A model generated the notes under the pieces. The model searched no databases. It was given only the letters and a program-made list of their open reading frames with translations, and had not been told where the DNA came from. The position numbers and the translations under genes are program-made. A stretch of DNA of 64,000 bases from Escherichia phage pEC-M719-6WT.2, in the sequence record OQ845958.1; one strand, given 5' to 3'. Shown piece by piece: positions 46,833 through 55,678 of the stretch; positions within the stretch are counted from its first letter, which is position 1, and every line of letters starts with the position of its first letter.

Positions 46833-47426
46833 ATGATTCAGAAGAGTAAAACATGGGAGCATCTGAAAAAGATGCCCTCCTTTCTTTATACAAAAGAAGA
46901 CTTAACCCCCGAATCCCTGCAAAAGATTGTAGACACTGCCAGGTATTCATTGCGTAAAGACCCTGGTCAGGACCGTGAGCAAGTCATGCAAAGATGTATG
47001 GTGGCTACAATGGCTGAACAAGCTATTGCTAAATGGACCTCCGGTTTTTTATGTGGTGGCGATGAAGATTACGATAATCCTTATTCCTTTGCATTTGATG
47101 TAGTTTCGAAGGAAGGGGTAAGAATCGAAGTCAAGACCCATCAGTCTGGTTCCAAATGGATATCCGTGCACACTGGCAGCCATGGCGATTACCCACACGG
47201 TTACGGAGTTAATCTTGGCCCTTTTATGCAGCACAAGCTTGCTGACCTTATGATTATGTTTAATGTAAAAGAGACTATCAAAGGTTATAGATTTAAACCA
47301 AAATTCCTTGCTGGGCCGGGTGCTTTCGTTCCTGAGTCTGGTCTTGTGCAGAAGTCACAAGGGGATGGCTGGTACCTCCGTTCTTGTTCAGAAGAAAAAT
47401 TTCCCTATCACCGGTTTACAAGCTGA
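46833..47426 (+). CDS. putative PD-(D/E)xK-like nuclease (DenB position)
   Basis: 198 aa; AFDVV...RIEVKT resembles D...ExK motif; lies between rIIB and ndd where T4 has denB. Confidence 0.35.
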   Translation: MIQKSKTWEHLKKMPSFLYTKEDLTPESLQKIVDTARYSLRKDPGQDREQVMQRCMVATMAEQAIAKWTSGFLCGGDEDYDNPYSFAFDVVSKEGVRIEVKTHQSGSKWISVHTGSHGDYPHGYGVNLGPFMQHKLADLMIMFNVKETIKGYRFKPKFLAGPGAFVPESGLVQKSQGDGWYLRSCSEEKFPYHRFTS

Positions 47427-47473
47427 ACCAACCATGTAATAATGTCCTCACACCAACAAATGAGGACATTATC

Positions 47474-47749
47474 ATGGAACACGTTACTACTAATAACATC
47501 AAACAAATTCTTATTCAAGCACTCAAAAACAACAACATCAATTTTCCAACCCATGAAATTTTTGATGTAGTATTCAACGAAGTCCAGGGACAAGTTGCCT
47601 ATTATGACGTTATCATTTATCTTTCAGAATTTGAAGTCTACCACCTGACTGAAATCGCTTTCTATCTCTATCGTGGAACAGCAGATTTTACTGGGGTCGT
47701 GAATGCAGTTGGTGCATATAAAGAAGTTAAAGAACAAATGCACAATTAA
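47474..47749 (+). CDS. hypothetical protein
   Basis: 91-aa ORF preceded by 9-bp hairpin ATGTCCTCA/TGAGGACAT. Confidence 0.4.
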   Translation: MEHVTTNNIKQILIQALKNNNINFPTHEIFDVVFNEVQGQVAYYDVIIYLSEFEVYHLTEIAFYLYRGTADFTGVVNAVGAYKEVKEQMHN

Positions 47750-47752
47750 TCA

Positions 47753-47806
47753 AAAAGTAGTGTACATCAGTATGGAGTCTATGTATAATGATTCCATACT
47801 GAGTTA
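47753..47806 (+). promoter_or_regulatory. early promoter cassette (-35 TGTACA, -10 TATAAT, hairpin CAGTATGGA/TCCATACTG)
   Basis: Copy of the AAAAAGTAGTGTACA...ATAATGATTCCATACTGAGTTA cassette; 17-nt spacer. Confidence 0.5.
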
Positions 47807-47991
47807 CCAAATACTGGAGAATAAAATGAAACCTGCTCAATATGCAATGACTTTATACCTTGAAGTTAATGGCGATATTACTGAATTTTTTAAATTAATG
47901 CAACAGCGTGGAAAAAGTTTTGCAGTTACTGAGCGTCAATTTTACGCATGTCGCAAAAATACATACAATCGTTATGCATGAGGAAAATAAA

Positions 47992-48258
47992 ATGGATATT
48001 AAATTATACTACGCCAAACACAAAGTTACAGGTATGGTTGTTGCTGCTATGTATGATGCATCAGGTGATGGTGATGATGTTACCACAGAATTGTCTCTTT
48101 CTGATTGTAAATTTCTTCGTCCATTGATTGCATCAAAGGAAGATTTAAAAAAGCTTATTGATGGAAAACTGGATAATGTTGATGGCATAGATATTCTTTA
48201 TGACCTTCGCACTGCATTGTACAGAGGATTGATTGAAATCAAAGAGGTGATATTTTGA
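47992..48258 (+). CDS. hypothetical acidic protein
   Basis: 89-aa ORF. Confidence 0.4.
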   Translation: MDIKLYYAKHKVTGMVVAAMYDASGDGDDVTTELSLSDCKFLRPLIASKEDLKKLIDGKLDNVDGIDILYDLRTALYRGLIEIKEVIF

Positions 48259-48349
48259 GCAGCAAAACCTGGTGCCTTATCTGGATGCTGTGTATCCCAG
48301 TAATTTGCGTTTGTTTTAGTTTATTATTAATGAAACTTGCATAAAAGAG

Positions 48350-48377
48350 TGTACATCTCCAGTGGTTGTAGTATAAT
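48350..48377 (+). promoter_or_regulatory. early promoter (-35 TGTACA, -10 TATAAT) within hairpin ATCTCCAGT/ACTGGAGAT
   Basis: 9-bp stem pairs the post -35 sequence with the SD region. Confidence 0.45.
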
Positions 48378-48530
48378 GAACCTATCAACTACTGGAGATG
48401 ATTATGAAAAAGTTACTTAAAGCCATTTGGAACATGTTTGTACTGTTTGTTGTCCTGAGCATTTTCCCAATTGTTTTTATGATTGACCATGTGCGTGTTT
48501 ACTTTAACTATTTCTTTTGAGGATAATATT

Positions 48531-48737
48531 ATGAATTACAATTCACAATTTCAGAAATCCAATCGTCGCTTTGACTTTATGTTCAAGTTTATTGTGGCGA
48601 TGATTATCCTGATTTTCATTGGTGCCATTGCAATGATTGGTTTCCAGCTCTGGATTGCTGCTGAAGTGTTCACACAAATCCAGGATAATGGTTTGAAGTC
48701 TGTTGTTGATGTAATTTGGAATGGAGCTAAGCAATGA
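48531..48737 (+). CDS. small membrane protein
   Basis: 68 aa with one TM helix; SD GAGGA. Confidence 0.4.
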   Translation: MNYNSQFQKSNRRFDFMFKFIVAMIILIFIGAIAMIGFQLWIAAEVFTQIQDNGLKSVVDVIWNGAKQ

Positions 48738-48979
48738 AACTTTTTAAAGACATTGCAGTTGGTGAAAAATTTGTCCTTGGTAATGGTCAACAACTGATTC
48801 GCATTTCGCCTTTAATGGATAACAGCGAGCGCCCTGTGCGCACTGAAAACTGTTTGGATTATCCTTTTTATCAGAAGCGTTTTGCAATTGAAAATAATAC
48901 TGAGTGCTTCACGGTTGATGAACTGATGGAATCATCAGAAGAAGTTGACTTGTGGGATGGCGCGGTAGACCCTGAATAA
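48734..48979 (+). CDS. hypothetical protein
   Basis: 81-aa ORF, coupled. Confidence 0.4.
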   Translation: MKLFKDIAVGEKFVLGNGQQLIRISPLMDNSERPVRTENCLDYPFYQKRFAIENNTECFTVDELMESSEEVDLWDGAVDPE

Positions 48980-49168
48980 ACTGAGGAAAATATTATGGAC
49001 AATAGAATTTATAAAGTAAAGCTTCATGGTAAAGTGATTAAAACTCTTAGTTTTAATGCGTATATTAGCGCAAATTGTGCGCGGGATATCCTCATTGAGG
49101 AAGGTTACAGCAAGTACATTCAGATTGAAGAAGTTCTTTAAAAAGGTTTACTTACTGGGGAAAATATT

Positions 49169-49513
49169 ATGTCTAAAGTATTTTTTGGTAATGCTAAAGT
49201 TATGTTCTTTAAACAGATTAGCCTTCAGGAGGCGTCGGAGGCATTCAATCAAAGTATGATTCCTGACGTACATCCAAAAGTTATGACGAGTGCTGATTTC
49301 GTTTTCGTCCAAGACCCGGAAACAGGCTTTTATCGGTTCATTAAATTTCGTATGAGTATGGAGCCAGGTTATCATAGTGCTTACTACGTGAGTTATGAAA
49401 ATGTTATCAAAGAATTGCGTAATACCTATAAGCGCGCTTTGACCCCGCTGAATAAGGTGTATAATGCTTCCTTTTATACGAGCGGATTTATTTTAGAACA
49501 GCTTCAAAAATAG
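49169..49513 (+). CDS. hypothetical protein
   Basis: 114-aa ORF. Confidence 0.4.
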   Translation: MSKVFFGNAKVMFFKQISLQEASEAFNQSMIPDVHPKVMTSADFVFVQDPETGFYRFIKFRMSMEPGYHSAYYVSYENVIKELRNTYKRALTPLNKVYNASFYTSGFILEQLQK

Positions 49514-49555
49514 TGTACAAACTCTTGGGGTCAGAGTATAATGACCCCACTGGAG
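49511..49555 (+). repeat. promoter/stem-loop cassette copy B
   Basis: TAGTGTACAAACTCTTGGGGTCAGAGTATAATGACCCCACTGGAG; drives ndd. Confidence 0.7.
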
Positions 49556-49586
49556 CAAAAAACTTTAACTTACTGAGGAAATTAAT

Positions 49587-50036
49587 ATGACTACTTACAT
49601 GACCCGTCGTGACGTACTGAATGCTGGTGCTACCACTGTTGCTTATATCCATAATGGTAATTATGTTGCCGGTCGCCCAACTAAAGAAGCTATCACTCAA
49701 CCAGGTTTTTATTTCGTGGTTAAAGGTGAAGGTGAATCGCGTATTGTTGCCGCACGTTTTTATGTTGGTAACCAACGTTCACAACAAGGGTTTGACACTG
49801 TATTAAGTCACATCCGCAAACAGCGTTCTCAACTGTCTCGCACAATGGCGAACAATGGGGTTATCTATGAAGTCCTGTTTGTCCCAGTTTCTAAAATGAA
49901 ACCTCTGACAACTGGTTATGGTAAAGGTCAAATTGCAATGGCGTTCACTCGCTCGCATAGTTCTGATTGCCAGACCCTTTCAGAAATGAATCGCATGCTT
50001 GCTGATAACTTTAAATTCATTCTGCAGAGCTATTAA
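49587..50036 (+). CDS. ndd: nucleoid disruption protein Ndd
   Basis: 149 aa; [23 protein letters not shown]...MKPLTTG.GKGQ...[12 protein letters not shown] matches remembered T4 Ndd. Confidence 0.85.
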   Translation: MTTYMTRRDVLNAGATTVAYIHNGNYVAGRPTKEAITQPGFYFVVKGEGESRIVAARFYVGNQRSQQGFDTVLSHIRKQRSQLSRTMANNGVIYEVLFVPVSKMKPLTTGYGKGQIAMAFTRSHSSDCQTLSEMNRMLADNFKFILQSY

Positions 50037-50037
50037 T

Positions 50038-50118
50038 ATGAGTAATTTCCATAATGAACACGTGATGCAATGGCATCGTCATAATCTGAAATTAACTGGC
50101 GTCTTTGGACGCCCTTGA
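50038..50118 (+). CDS. stp: Stp peptide (26 aa)
   Basis: [26 protein letters not shown] closely resembles remembered T4 Stp; between ndd and ac-like ORF as in T4. Confidence 0.65.
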   Translation: MSNFHNEHVMQWHRHNLKLTGVFGRP

Positions 50119-50125
50119 GGAAAAT

Positions 50126-50278
50126 ATGAAATTTGTTCATGGCGTAGCTTTTTTCTGTTGGTCATTTTTATTTGTTGGAACATTAATAACTGGAGAAACT
50201 TCAGTATTTCTGCAGTCAACAGCTCAAGGTGTATTAGCGACTTTAACACTATTTAAATTATTGGATAAAAATGATTAA
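50126..50278 (+). CDS. small membrane protein (Ac-like by position)
   Basis: 50-aa hydrophobic ORF with SD GAGGA, between stp and gp52. Confidence 0.4.
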   Translation: MKFVHGVAFFCWSFLFVGTLITGETSVFLQSTAQGVLATLTLFKLLDKND

Positions 50279-50419
50279 GAAAATCTTGGGCTACTCGTTA
50301 GCCCTTGCTACTTTGTTGGTGGCGCTGTATTACGGAGTTGTGTTTGCATTAGTGCAGGTTGTGCTTTTTATTTCTGATGCTATAATGGCAGTACATTCGT
50401 TAATTTGGTAAGGTGATAT

Positions 50420-51799
50420 ATGTCTGACGTTTTAAGTATGATGTCCAAACAGTTCAGTGATTCCATGGGGACCCTTAACCCACGCAGTCTAAAAGACATT
50501 ATTGATGTGGAAGCATTGTCATATGCTATCTACACTGTGGAAGGTCGTGCCATCCCAAACATGATTGATGGTTTTAAACCAGTTCACAGATTTGTTATGG
50601 CGAGAGCATTAGACCTGGCACGTGGTGATAAGAATAAATTCCATAAGGTTGCATCCATTGCAGGTGGCGTAGCTGATTATGGTTATCACCATGGTGAAGC
50701 ATCAGCTGAAGAAGCAACTTCTGGGTTGGTCGCAACATATAAAAATGAATATCCCATGTTTGATGGGCAAGGTAACTTTGGTTCCAGAATGGTGCCAGAA
50801 GCATCATCGGCTCGTTATGTATTCGCAAGGGTTTCAAAGAACTTTTACAACTTGTTTAAGGATACAGAATATGCTCCGGTCCATCCTGATGAAGAACATA
50901 AGCCTCCTGCTTTTTATCTTCCTGTTATTCCTACTGTATTACTTAACGCCACTTCTGGGATTGCTGTTGGCTTTGCTACTGATATCCTTCCTCATTCGTT
51001 CCAGGACGTCAAGGAAGCTGTTAAAGCTATCGTGGAAGGTCGTGAGCCGGTTGCTCCGAAAGTAAAATATCCAGAATTCCGTGGTAAAGTTGTTGAGCTG
51101 GAAGAGCCTGGTAAGTATGAGCTTCACGGCACATACAAAATGACCTCAAGGACTCAAATGGAAATTACTGAAATCCCGGTCCAATGGAACCTGGAAAAAT
51201 ATACAAGTAAAATCCTGGACCCACTGGAAGAGAAAGGTTTTATCACCTGGAAAGATAACTGCGGCGAGCATGGTTTTGGGTTTAAGATTAAATTCCGCAA
51301 AGAATACAAGTTGGATGGCACTGAAGAAGAGAATCATGAGAAAATCATGAAAGACTTTGGTCTGATTGAGAAACTCTCCCAGAACTTAACTGTGCTTAAT
51401 CACAAAGGCAAATTAGCTGAATACACCAACACGCTTGACCTGATTCGCGATTTCGTTGATGTCCGTAAGACTTATGTTCAAGTGCGAATTGACAGTAAGA
51501 TTAAAGAAACTGAAGCGGCATTTAAACTGGCCCGGGCAAAAGTCTTCTTTATTAAAGAAGTGATTGATGGTAAGGTTGTTATCCAGGGGAAACCTCGTAA
51601 GAAGTTGATTGAGGAGCTCCAGGCGAGTGAAATATATGGCGATTATGCAGAGAAGTTAGTGGCGATGAACATCTACCATATGACCTCTGATGAAGCTAAG
51701 AAGCTTGCGGACGAAGCTAAGGCTAAGAAAGCTGAGCATGAGTACTGGAAGACAACTGACGTTAAAACTGAGTACCTTAATGATTTGGAGGCTCTATGA
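50420..51799 (+). CDS. 52: DNA topoisomerase II medium subunit gp52 (GyrA-like)
   Basis: 459 aa with GyrA-type N-terminal region; position after ndd/stp. Confidence 0.92.
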   Translation: MSDVLSMMSKQFSDSMGTLNPRSLKDIIDVEALSYAIYTVEGRAIPNMIDGFKPVHRFVMARALDLARGDKNKFHKVASIAGGVADYGYHHGEASAEEATSGLVATYKNEYPMFDGQGNFGSRMVPEASSARYVFARVSKNFYNLFKDTEYAPVHPDEEHKPPAFYLPVIPTVLLNATSGIAVGFATDILPHSFQDVKEAVKAIVEGREPVAPKVKYPEFRGKVVELEEPGKYELHGTYKMTSRTQMEITEIPVQWNLEKYTSKILDPLEEKGFITWKDNCGEHGFGFKIKFRKEYKLDGTEEENHEKIMKDFGLIEKLSQNLTVLNHKGKLAEYTNTLDLIRDFVDVRKTYVQVRIDSKIKETEAAFKLARAKVFFIKEVIDGKVVIQGKPRKKLIEELQASEIYGDYAEKLVAMNIYHMTSDEAKKLADEAKAKKAEHEYWKTTDVKTEYLNDLEAL

Positions 51800-51893
51800 G
51801 TTTTGGAGTTGAGTTTGCATTGCTTTGTATTTTCGCGGCAATCGCAGGTGTGATTGTTGGTATGTTTATTGGTAATAAGATAGATAAAGACTA

Positions 51894-51916
51894 GGACCCT
51901 TCGGGGTCCTTTTTTA
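51894..51916 (+). terminator. intrinsic terminator GGACCC-ttcg-GGGTCC + TTTTTTT
   Basis: UUCG hairpin plus 7 T after gp52 and a 32-aa overlapping membrane peptide ORF. Confidence 0.65.
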
Positions 51917-51932
51917 TTTTAAAATATTTTAA

Positions 51933-51986
51933 AAAAGTAGTGTACATGACCCTTGACCTGATGCATAATGATTCCATACTGAGTTA
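51933..51986 (+). promoter_or_regulatory. early promoter cassette (-35 TGTACA, -10 CATAAT, conserved GATTCCATACTGAGTTA)
   Basis: Third copy of the AAAAAGTAGTGTACA cassette; 17-nt spacer. Confidence 0.5.
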
Positions 51987-52018
51987 CAAACTGAATCACA
52001 AAAACTTTGGAGAATAAA

Positions 52019-52234
52019 ATGTTTACTGCACAACAGAATGAAGGTCAAGAATACATTAACGCTAAATTCAAATCTAATAAAGAAGCTTGCTATTATTACT
52101 TTGACATGTTCAAACTGGCGAATTCTAAAGAAGAACGTAAACAAGCGATTGATGTTATTGTTTCTACTTCCCATATGAAACGTACTGTGGTACAATCATA
52201 TGCATCAAATTACATGAAATCTATTAAGGGATAA
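52019..52234 (+). CDS. hypothetical protein
   Basis: 71-aa ORF after SD GGAG. Confidence 0.4.
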   Translation: MFTAQQNEGQEYINAKFKSNKEACYYYFDMFKLANSKEERKQAIDVIVSTSHMKRTVVQSYASNYMKSIKG

Positions 52235-52236
52235 TT

Positions 52237-52845
52237 ATGAACAAGCTAAATTATATCGTTAAATGCTCCCAGAACGCTCTACATGAGACTGATGTTAATG
52301 CTCTGGTGTTTGTATACAAAAACAACTTCGTGCGTCCTGAGGTTGTTTTAGGCCAGCAGAACACGTCAATTGATAGCGTGCAGACATTGTTGAATAACAA
52401 CTATGTTGAAGCTTCTGGTGATGGTTTGATGGTTACAGAAAAAGGTGTTGACCTTATTCTGGATGCAGCTGAACTGTGGGCGAATGAAAATAATCCTGAC
52501 CTTCTGGAAGTGAAGAAGACAAGAACAAAACGCGGTGTGACTGATGAAATGGAAGCGACTGCAGAATATATCAAAGAGCAATTATTGTCTATTGGTATTG
52601 ACTTTAAGAGCATTTCAGAAGACCGCAGCAATCTGATTGTGAAGTTCAAGCGTATCAAGACATTAAAACAGATTGATGTACGTCGTGATGGTCAGATTCG
52701 TGTGCATGCGTATAATACTGAACAAAAGATAGTAAAACAGTTTACAGACGTGGGATTTAGCGTTAAAGTAGGTGGATTGAATACCTACATTGACAATCAT
52801 ATGTCAACTGAAAACATTCAACATGTTATTAACATCTTAAAGTGA
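52237..52845 (+). CDS. motA: middle-transcription activator MotA
   Basis: 202 aa; segments (ASGDGLMVTEKG, VKQFTDVGFSVKV) match remembered T4 MotA; position after gp52. Confidence 0.78.
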   Translation: MNKLNYIVKCSQNALHETDVNALVFVYKNNFVRPEVVLGQQNTSIDSVQTLLNNNYVEASGDGLMVTEKGVDLILDAAELWANENNPDLLEVKKTRTKRGVTDEMEATAEYIKEQLLSIGIDFKSISEDRSNLIVKFKRIKTLKQIDVRRDGQIRVHAYNTEQKIVKQFTDVGFSVKVGGLNTYIDNHMSTENIQHVINILK

Positions 52846-52852
52846 GGAAATT

Positions 52853-53182
52853 ATGAATAAGCTGAATATTGTTAATGAATTGCGTGCTTGTGTAGAACCC
52901 ACTCAAGAGGGTTGGGATGTTTGGTATCATGGCGCTTACCTTGGAACTATTGTCAAGGTCAAAGCTGGTCAGTATCTTATCCATCGCCAAGATGATACAG
53001 CACCATTTGGTGCTCGCAAGAACTTCATGGCAGCGATTGGCGCCTTTGTTCCAGCAGCATATGAAGTCTATAAAGCTGACTATAAAGAATACCTGGAATC
53101 ACAACCAGTTATTCGCTCAATTGGTGTTAATAAAGCTCAACAGAAAAGTCTGTGGCAACGTGTTAAAGGTTGGTTCAAATGA
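52853..53182 (+). CDS. hypothetical protein
   Basis: 109-aa ORF. Confidence 0.4.
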   Translation: MNKLNIVNELRACVEPTQEGWDVWYHGAYLGTIVKVKAGQYLIHRQDDTAPFGARKNFMAAIGAFVPAAYEVYKADYKEYLESQPVIRSIGVNKAQQKSLWQRVKGWFK

Positions 53183-53517
53183 TTCCTATGGAACTAAACT
53201 GGGATGGCGAAGGTCATTCCCTTAAATTGATTGAAGAACAACGTAACGCTTGGGATGAGCGCTGTGCCCTGGTGAATGGTATTAAGAAAACTTATCAACT
53301 TAACCTCCAGATTGATAATGTTACTCTTGAATTTGGTATGCAGCTATTGCGATTTCTTGAGCTTATTTTTACGGAAAAAGTGAATATAACTTCGTATGGC
53401 GAAGGCAAAACAGTTGATATTAAATTATCATCCTATTATAAAGGTGATTTAATTGAAACCGCCGCTAAAATTCAAGAATTCGCTAAAGATAACGGTTATA
53501 AGGTGATTTTCAAATGA
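53170..53517 (+). CDS. hypothetical protein
   Basis: 115-aa ORF. Confidence 0.4.
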   Translation: MVQMIPMELNWDGEGHSLKLIEEQRNAWDERCALVNGIKKTYQLNLQIDNVTLEFGMQLLRFLELIFTEKVNITSYGEGKTVDIKLSSYYKGDLIETAAKIQEFAKDNGYKVIFK

Positions 53518-54125
53518 ATCCATTAAAAGGTAAAGCGTTATCCTTTAAAGACCGTATGGCCTTGTTAGATAAAGCTCTTTCTCGGGAGACTCCTGAAAGT
53601 CTCGCTGCTAAATTACATGCATACGGTGATTACACCGAATATAATGAAGAAGGTAATTGTGAAATGAATCCGTTTATCACTCGTTTAGAAATGTTACCAG
53701 CACCAGAATCGCGTGAAACCCCCAAAAGCCTCGCTGAAAAATTTAAAGCACATGGATACACATGCGATGAAAAAGATATTCTGGAAGAAGTCCCGGAAAT
53801 CTGTTGGCAGATTGCGCATTGGAATAACAATGAAAAATATCAGCGACGGATTGTATGTGCCGCCAACCGATTTAAGTTAAAAGATGGTGGGACTCTGGTT
53901 ATTCCTGGTGCCAGACATTATTCCAAGGATATGGCAGAAGTGCTTGACCAAGTAAGTGATAAACTTGTGTCAGACCATGTTTGTGGTGATAATCAAGGAT
54001 TCATTGACCAGTACAGCAATTACTGGACCCGCGAAGAAGCAATGATTATTGCGACTTATGCAAATCAAGTGCGTATTGAACGTGGCGGTAGTGAAAAAGA
54101 ACTTTATTCAGAGGACCTTTATTAA
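53514..54125 (+). CDS. hypothetical protein with internal tandem repeat
   Basis: 203 aa; [16 protein letters not shown] and [16 protein letters not shown] repeats; C-terminal CAAN...GARH motif. Confidence 0.45.
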   Translation: MNPLKGKALSFKDRMALLDKALSRETPESLAAKLHAYGDYTEYNEEGNCEMNPFITRLEMLPAPESRETPKSLAEKFKAHGYTCDEKDILEEVPEICWQIAHWNNNEKYQRRIVCAANRFKLKDGGTLVIPGARHYSKDMAEVLDQVSDKLVSDHVCGDNQGFIDQYSNYWTREEAMIIATYANQVRIERGGSEKELYSEDLY

Positions 54126-54403
54126 TGAACCTTAAACAACTCCAGATTGATGCAATCGAAACCCATATCAATCATATCAAACGTCTGAACACTATGATGG
54201 AAGACAACTGGGGAACTTATGTTAACCAGCCGGCTTGGGATGCTTTAGACCATGAATATATAAAGGATATTAGTGATAACACGTATAGAGTTAGAGAAGG
54301 TCTGAAACCCTTCCTACGTGATATGTATATTGCAACTAATAAAGAAATTATCAGTTCTCTTGAATATCAATTAAGGAAATTGCATGAACAATCTGGTAGC
54401 TAA
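54125..54403 (+). CDS. hypothetical protein (T4 arn position)
   Basis: 92-aa ORF upstream of asiA; size equals T4 Arn but no sequence recognised. Confidence 0.4.
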   Translation: MNLKQLQIDAIETHINHIKRLNTMMEDNWGTYVNQPAWDALDHEYIKDISDNTYRVREGLKPFLRDMYIATNKEIISSLEYQLRKLHEQSGS

Positions 54404-54715
54404 GCACGATTTCAATAAGGCGTCTGTCCATAAGGACAAGAAGAAAACCAAAATGCAGTCCAAACGTAAGCAGAAGCACAAAGGGAATCATTATGAGTCA
54501 TAACTTAGAGAACACCATCACCGGTCAACGTACGCACGAGCAGGCTTGCTTTGAGGAATTCCTTGGAGCTGATTTTAAGTTCCAGGAACCAGTTGAACAG
54601 ATGTATCAGGAATATGTTGTACAGATGGAAAATCATGTGTACAACCCAGAGGAATAATAGTATAATACCCTTACTGAATAATTGAATGTCTTATTGAATA
54701 CTTGAGTAAATTAAA

Positions 54716-54991
54716 ATGACTAAATTTGAAATCGTTTCTGAAATTGTTACTATAACTTCAATTTTGATTAAAACCGACCGGGAAGATATTACGATGAAGC
54801 GCGATGTGTTTATCGCGTTTTTGAATGAGTTGGGATTGAGAAATGAGAATGGGAATGAGTTAAACAATGTATCGTTTAACAAATTGTTTAAAAGTTTATC
54901 TGAAGATGAAATTGAACAAATCATTGAACAATTTAACGAAGGATTCGAAGATATACACCGTTATCTTATGATGTATACCTCCGGATTCTAA
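54716..54991 (+). CDS. asiA: anti-sigma70 factor AsiA
   Basis: 91 aa; EIVTITSILIK...FIAFLNE...EQFNEGFE..HRYL.MYT matches remembered T4 AsiA. Confidence 0.85.
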   Translation: MTKFEIVSEIVTITSILIKTDREDITMKRDVFIAFLNELGLRNENGNELNNVSFNKLFKSLSEDEIEQIIEQFNEGFEDIHRYLMMYTSGF

Positions 54992-55641
54992 CGTGTACGC
55001 CCGAGCGTACGACCTGCTTGTCCACACATAGAAGAAAGCCTATCAAAACCAAGGTCGGGTTTTTGCTTATACCAGTACAGTGAGACTGTGCCTGCATAAA
55101 CGTTTTCCAAATTAAAGAATGGGCAGCTGAACATATATGTGAAGCTGCTTTTTTTCTTTGTTGGTAAGAATACAGATTCCACACTGGATTCAAAATAATT
55201 ACCATTAACCCCCGCCAAATATTCCGCTGAAGTCTTATCTATTGGAAACCCACCTAAATTTTTTTCGTCGACTGTATCAGGCAATATCCCCTCGTAACCC
55301 ACCATATCCACAAAGTAGTTAAGGTTAGTTGGTCTAAAAGAATATATTGCTGTAAAGTCTGCCCCACTTGACGAGTGGACTATCTGGATTTGCTCGATAG
55401 CTGCAATTTTAAATCTGTTATCCTGGTCTTGCCTTATCATTTCAGTGTATGAGGCATATGAAGCATCCCTGTACGCATCTAAAAGTGCATCACCTTTATA
55501 CCAGATTACCGCCATTAAAAATAATAGAACAATAACTAGTACCCGGGAAAAAACAACTTTCCCGGTCGCATTATCTTTAAAAATTCTATCAAGAAGTCCA
55601 AAAAGTAGGTCAGGTATTGATATTCCTACTTTTGGTTCCAT
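54988..55641 (-). CDS. t: holin T
   Basis: 217 aa; LDR.FKDNATGKV..SRV, HSSSGADFTAIYSFRP.NLNYFVD matches remembered T4 holin; late promoter and SD upstream. Confidence 0.92.
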   Translation of the reverse strand: MEPKVGISIPDLLFGLLDRIFKDNATGKVVFSRVLVIVLLFLMAVIWYKGDALLDAYRDASYASYTEMIRQDQDNRFKIAAIEQIQIVHSSSGADFTAIYSFRPTNLNYFVDMVGYEGILPDTVDEKNLGGFPIDKTSAEYLAGVNGNYFESSVESVFLPTKKKSSFTYMFSCPFFNLENVYAGTVSLYWYKQKPDLGFDRLSSMCGQAGRTLGRTR

Positions 55642-55659
55642 ACTTTTCTCCTTTAAAGA

Positions 55660-55667
55660 TATTTATA
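55660..55667 (-). promoter_or_regulatory. late promoter TATAAATA for t
   Basis: Reverse complement of TATTTATA on + strand; SD AAGGAG follows. Confidence 0.6.
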
Positions 55668-55678
55668 GCGCTTATGTA

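Noticed and set aside
33860-51986. Possible CRISPR array or mobile element from dispersed repeats
   Set aside because: Copies are kilobases apart, each sits at promoter distance from a start codon with -35/-10 hexamers, and there are no regularly spaced spacers or transposase genes.
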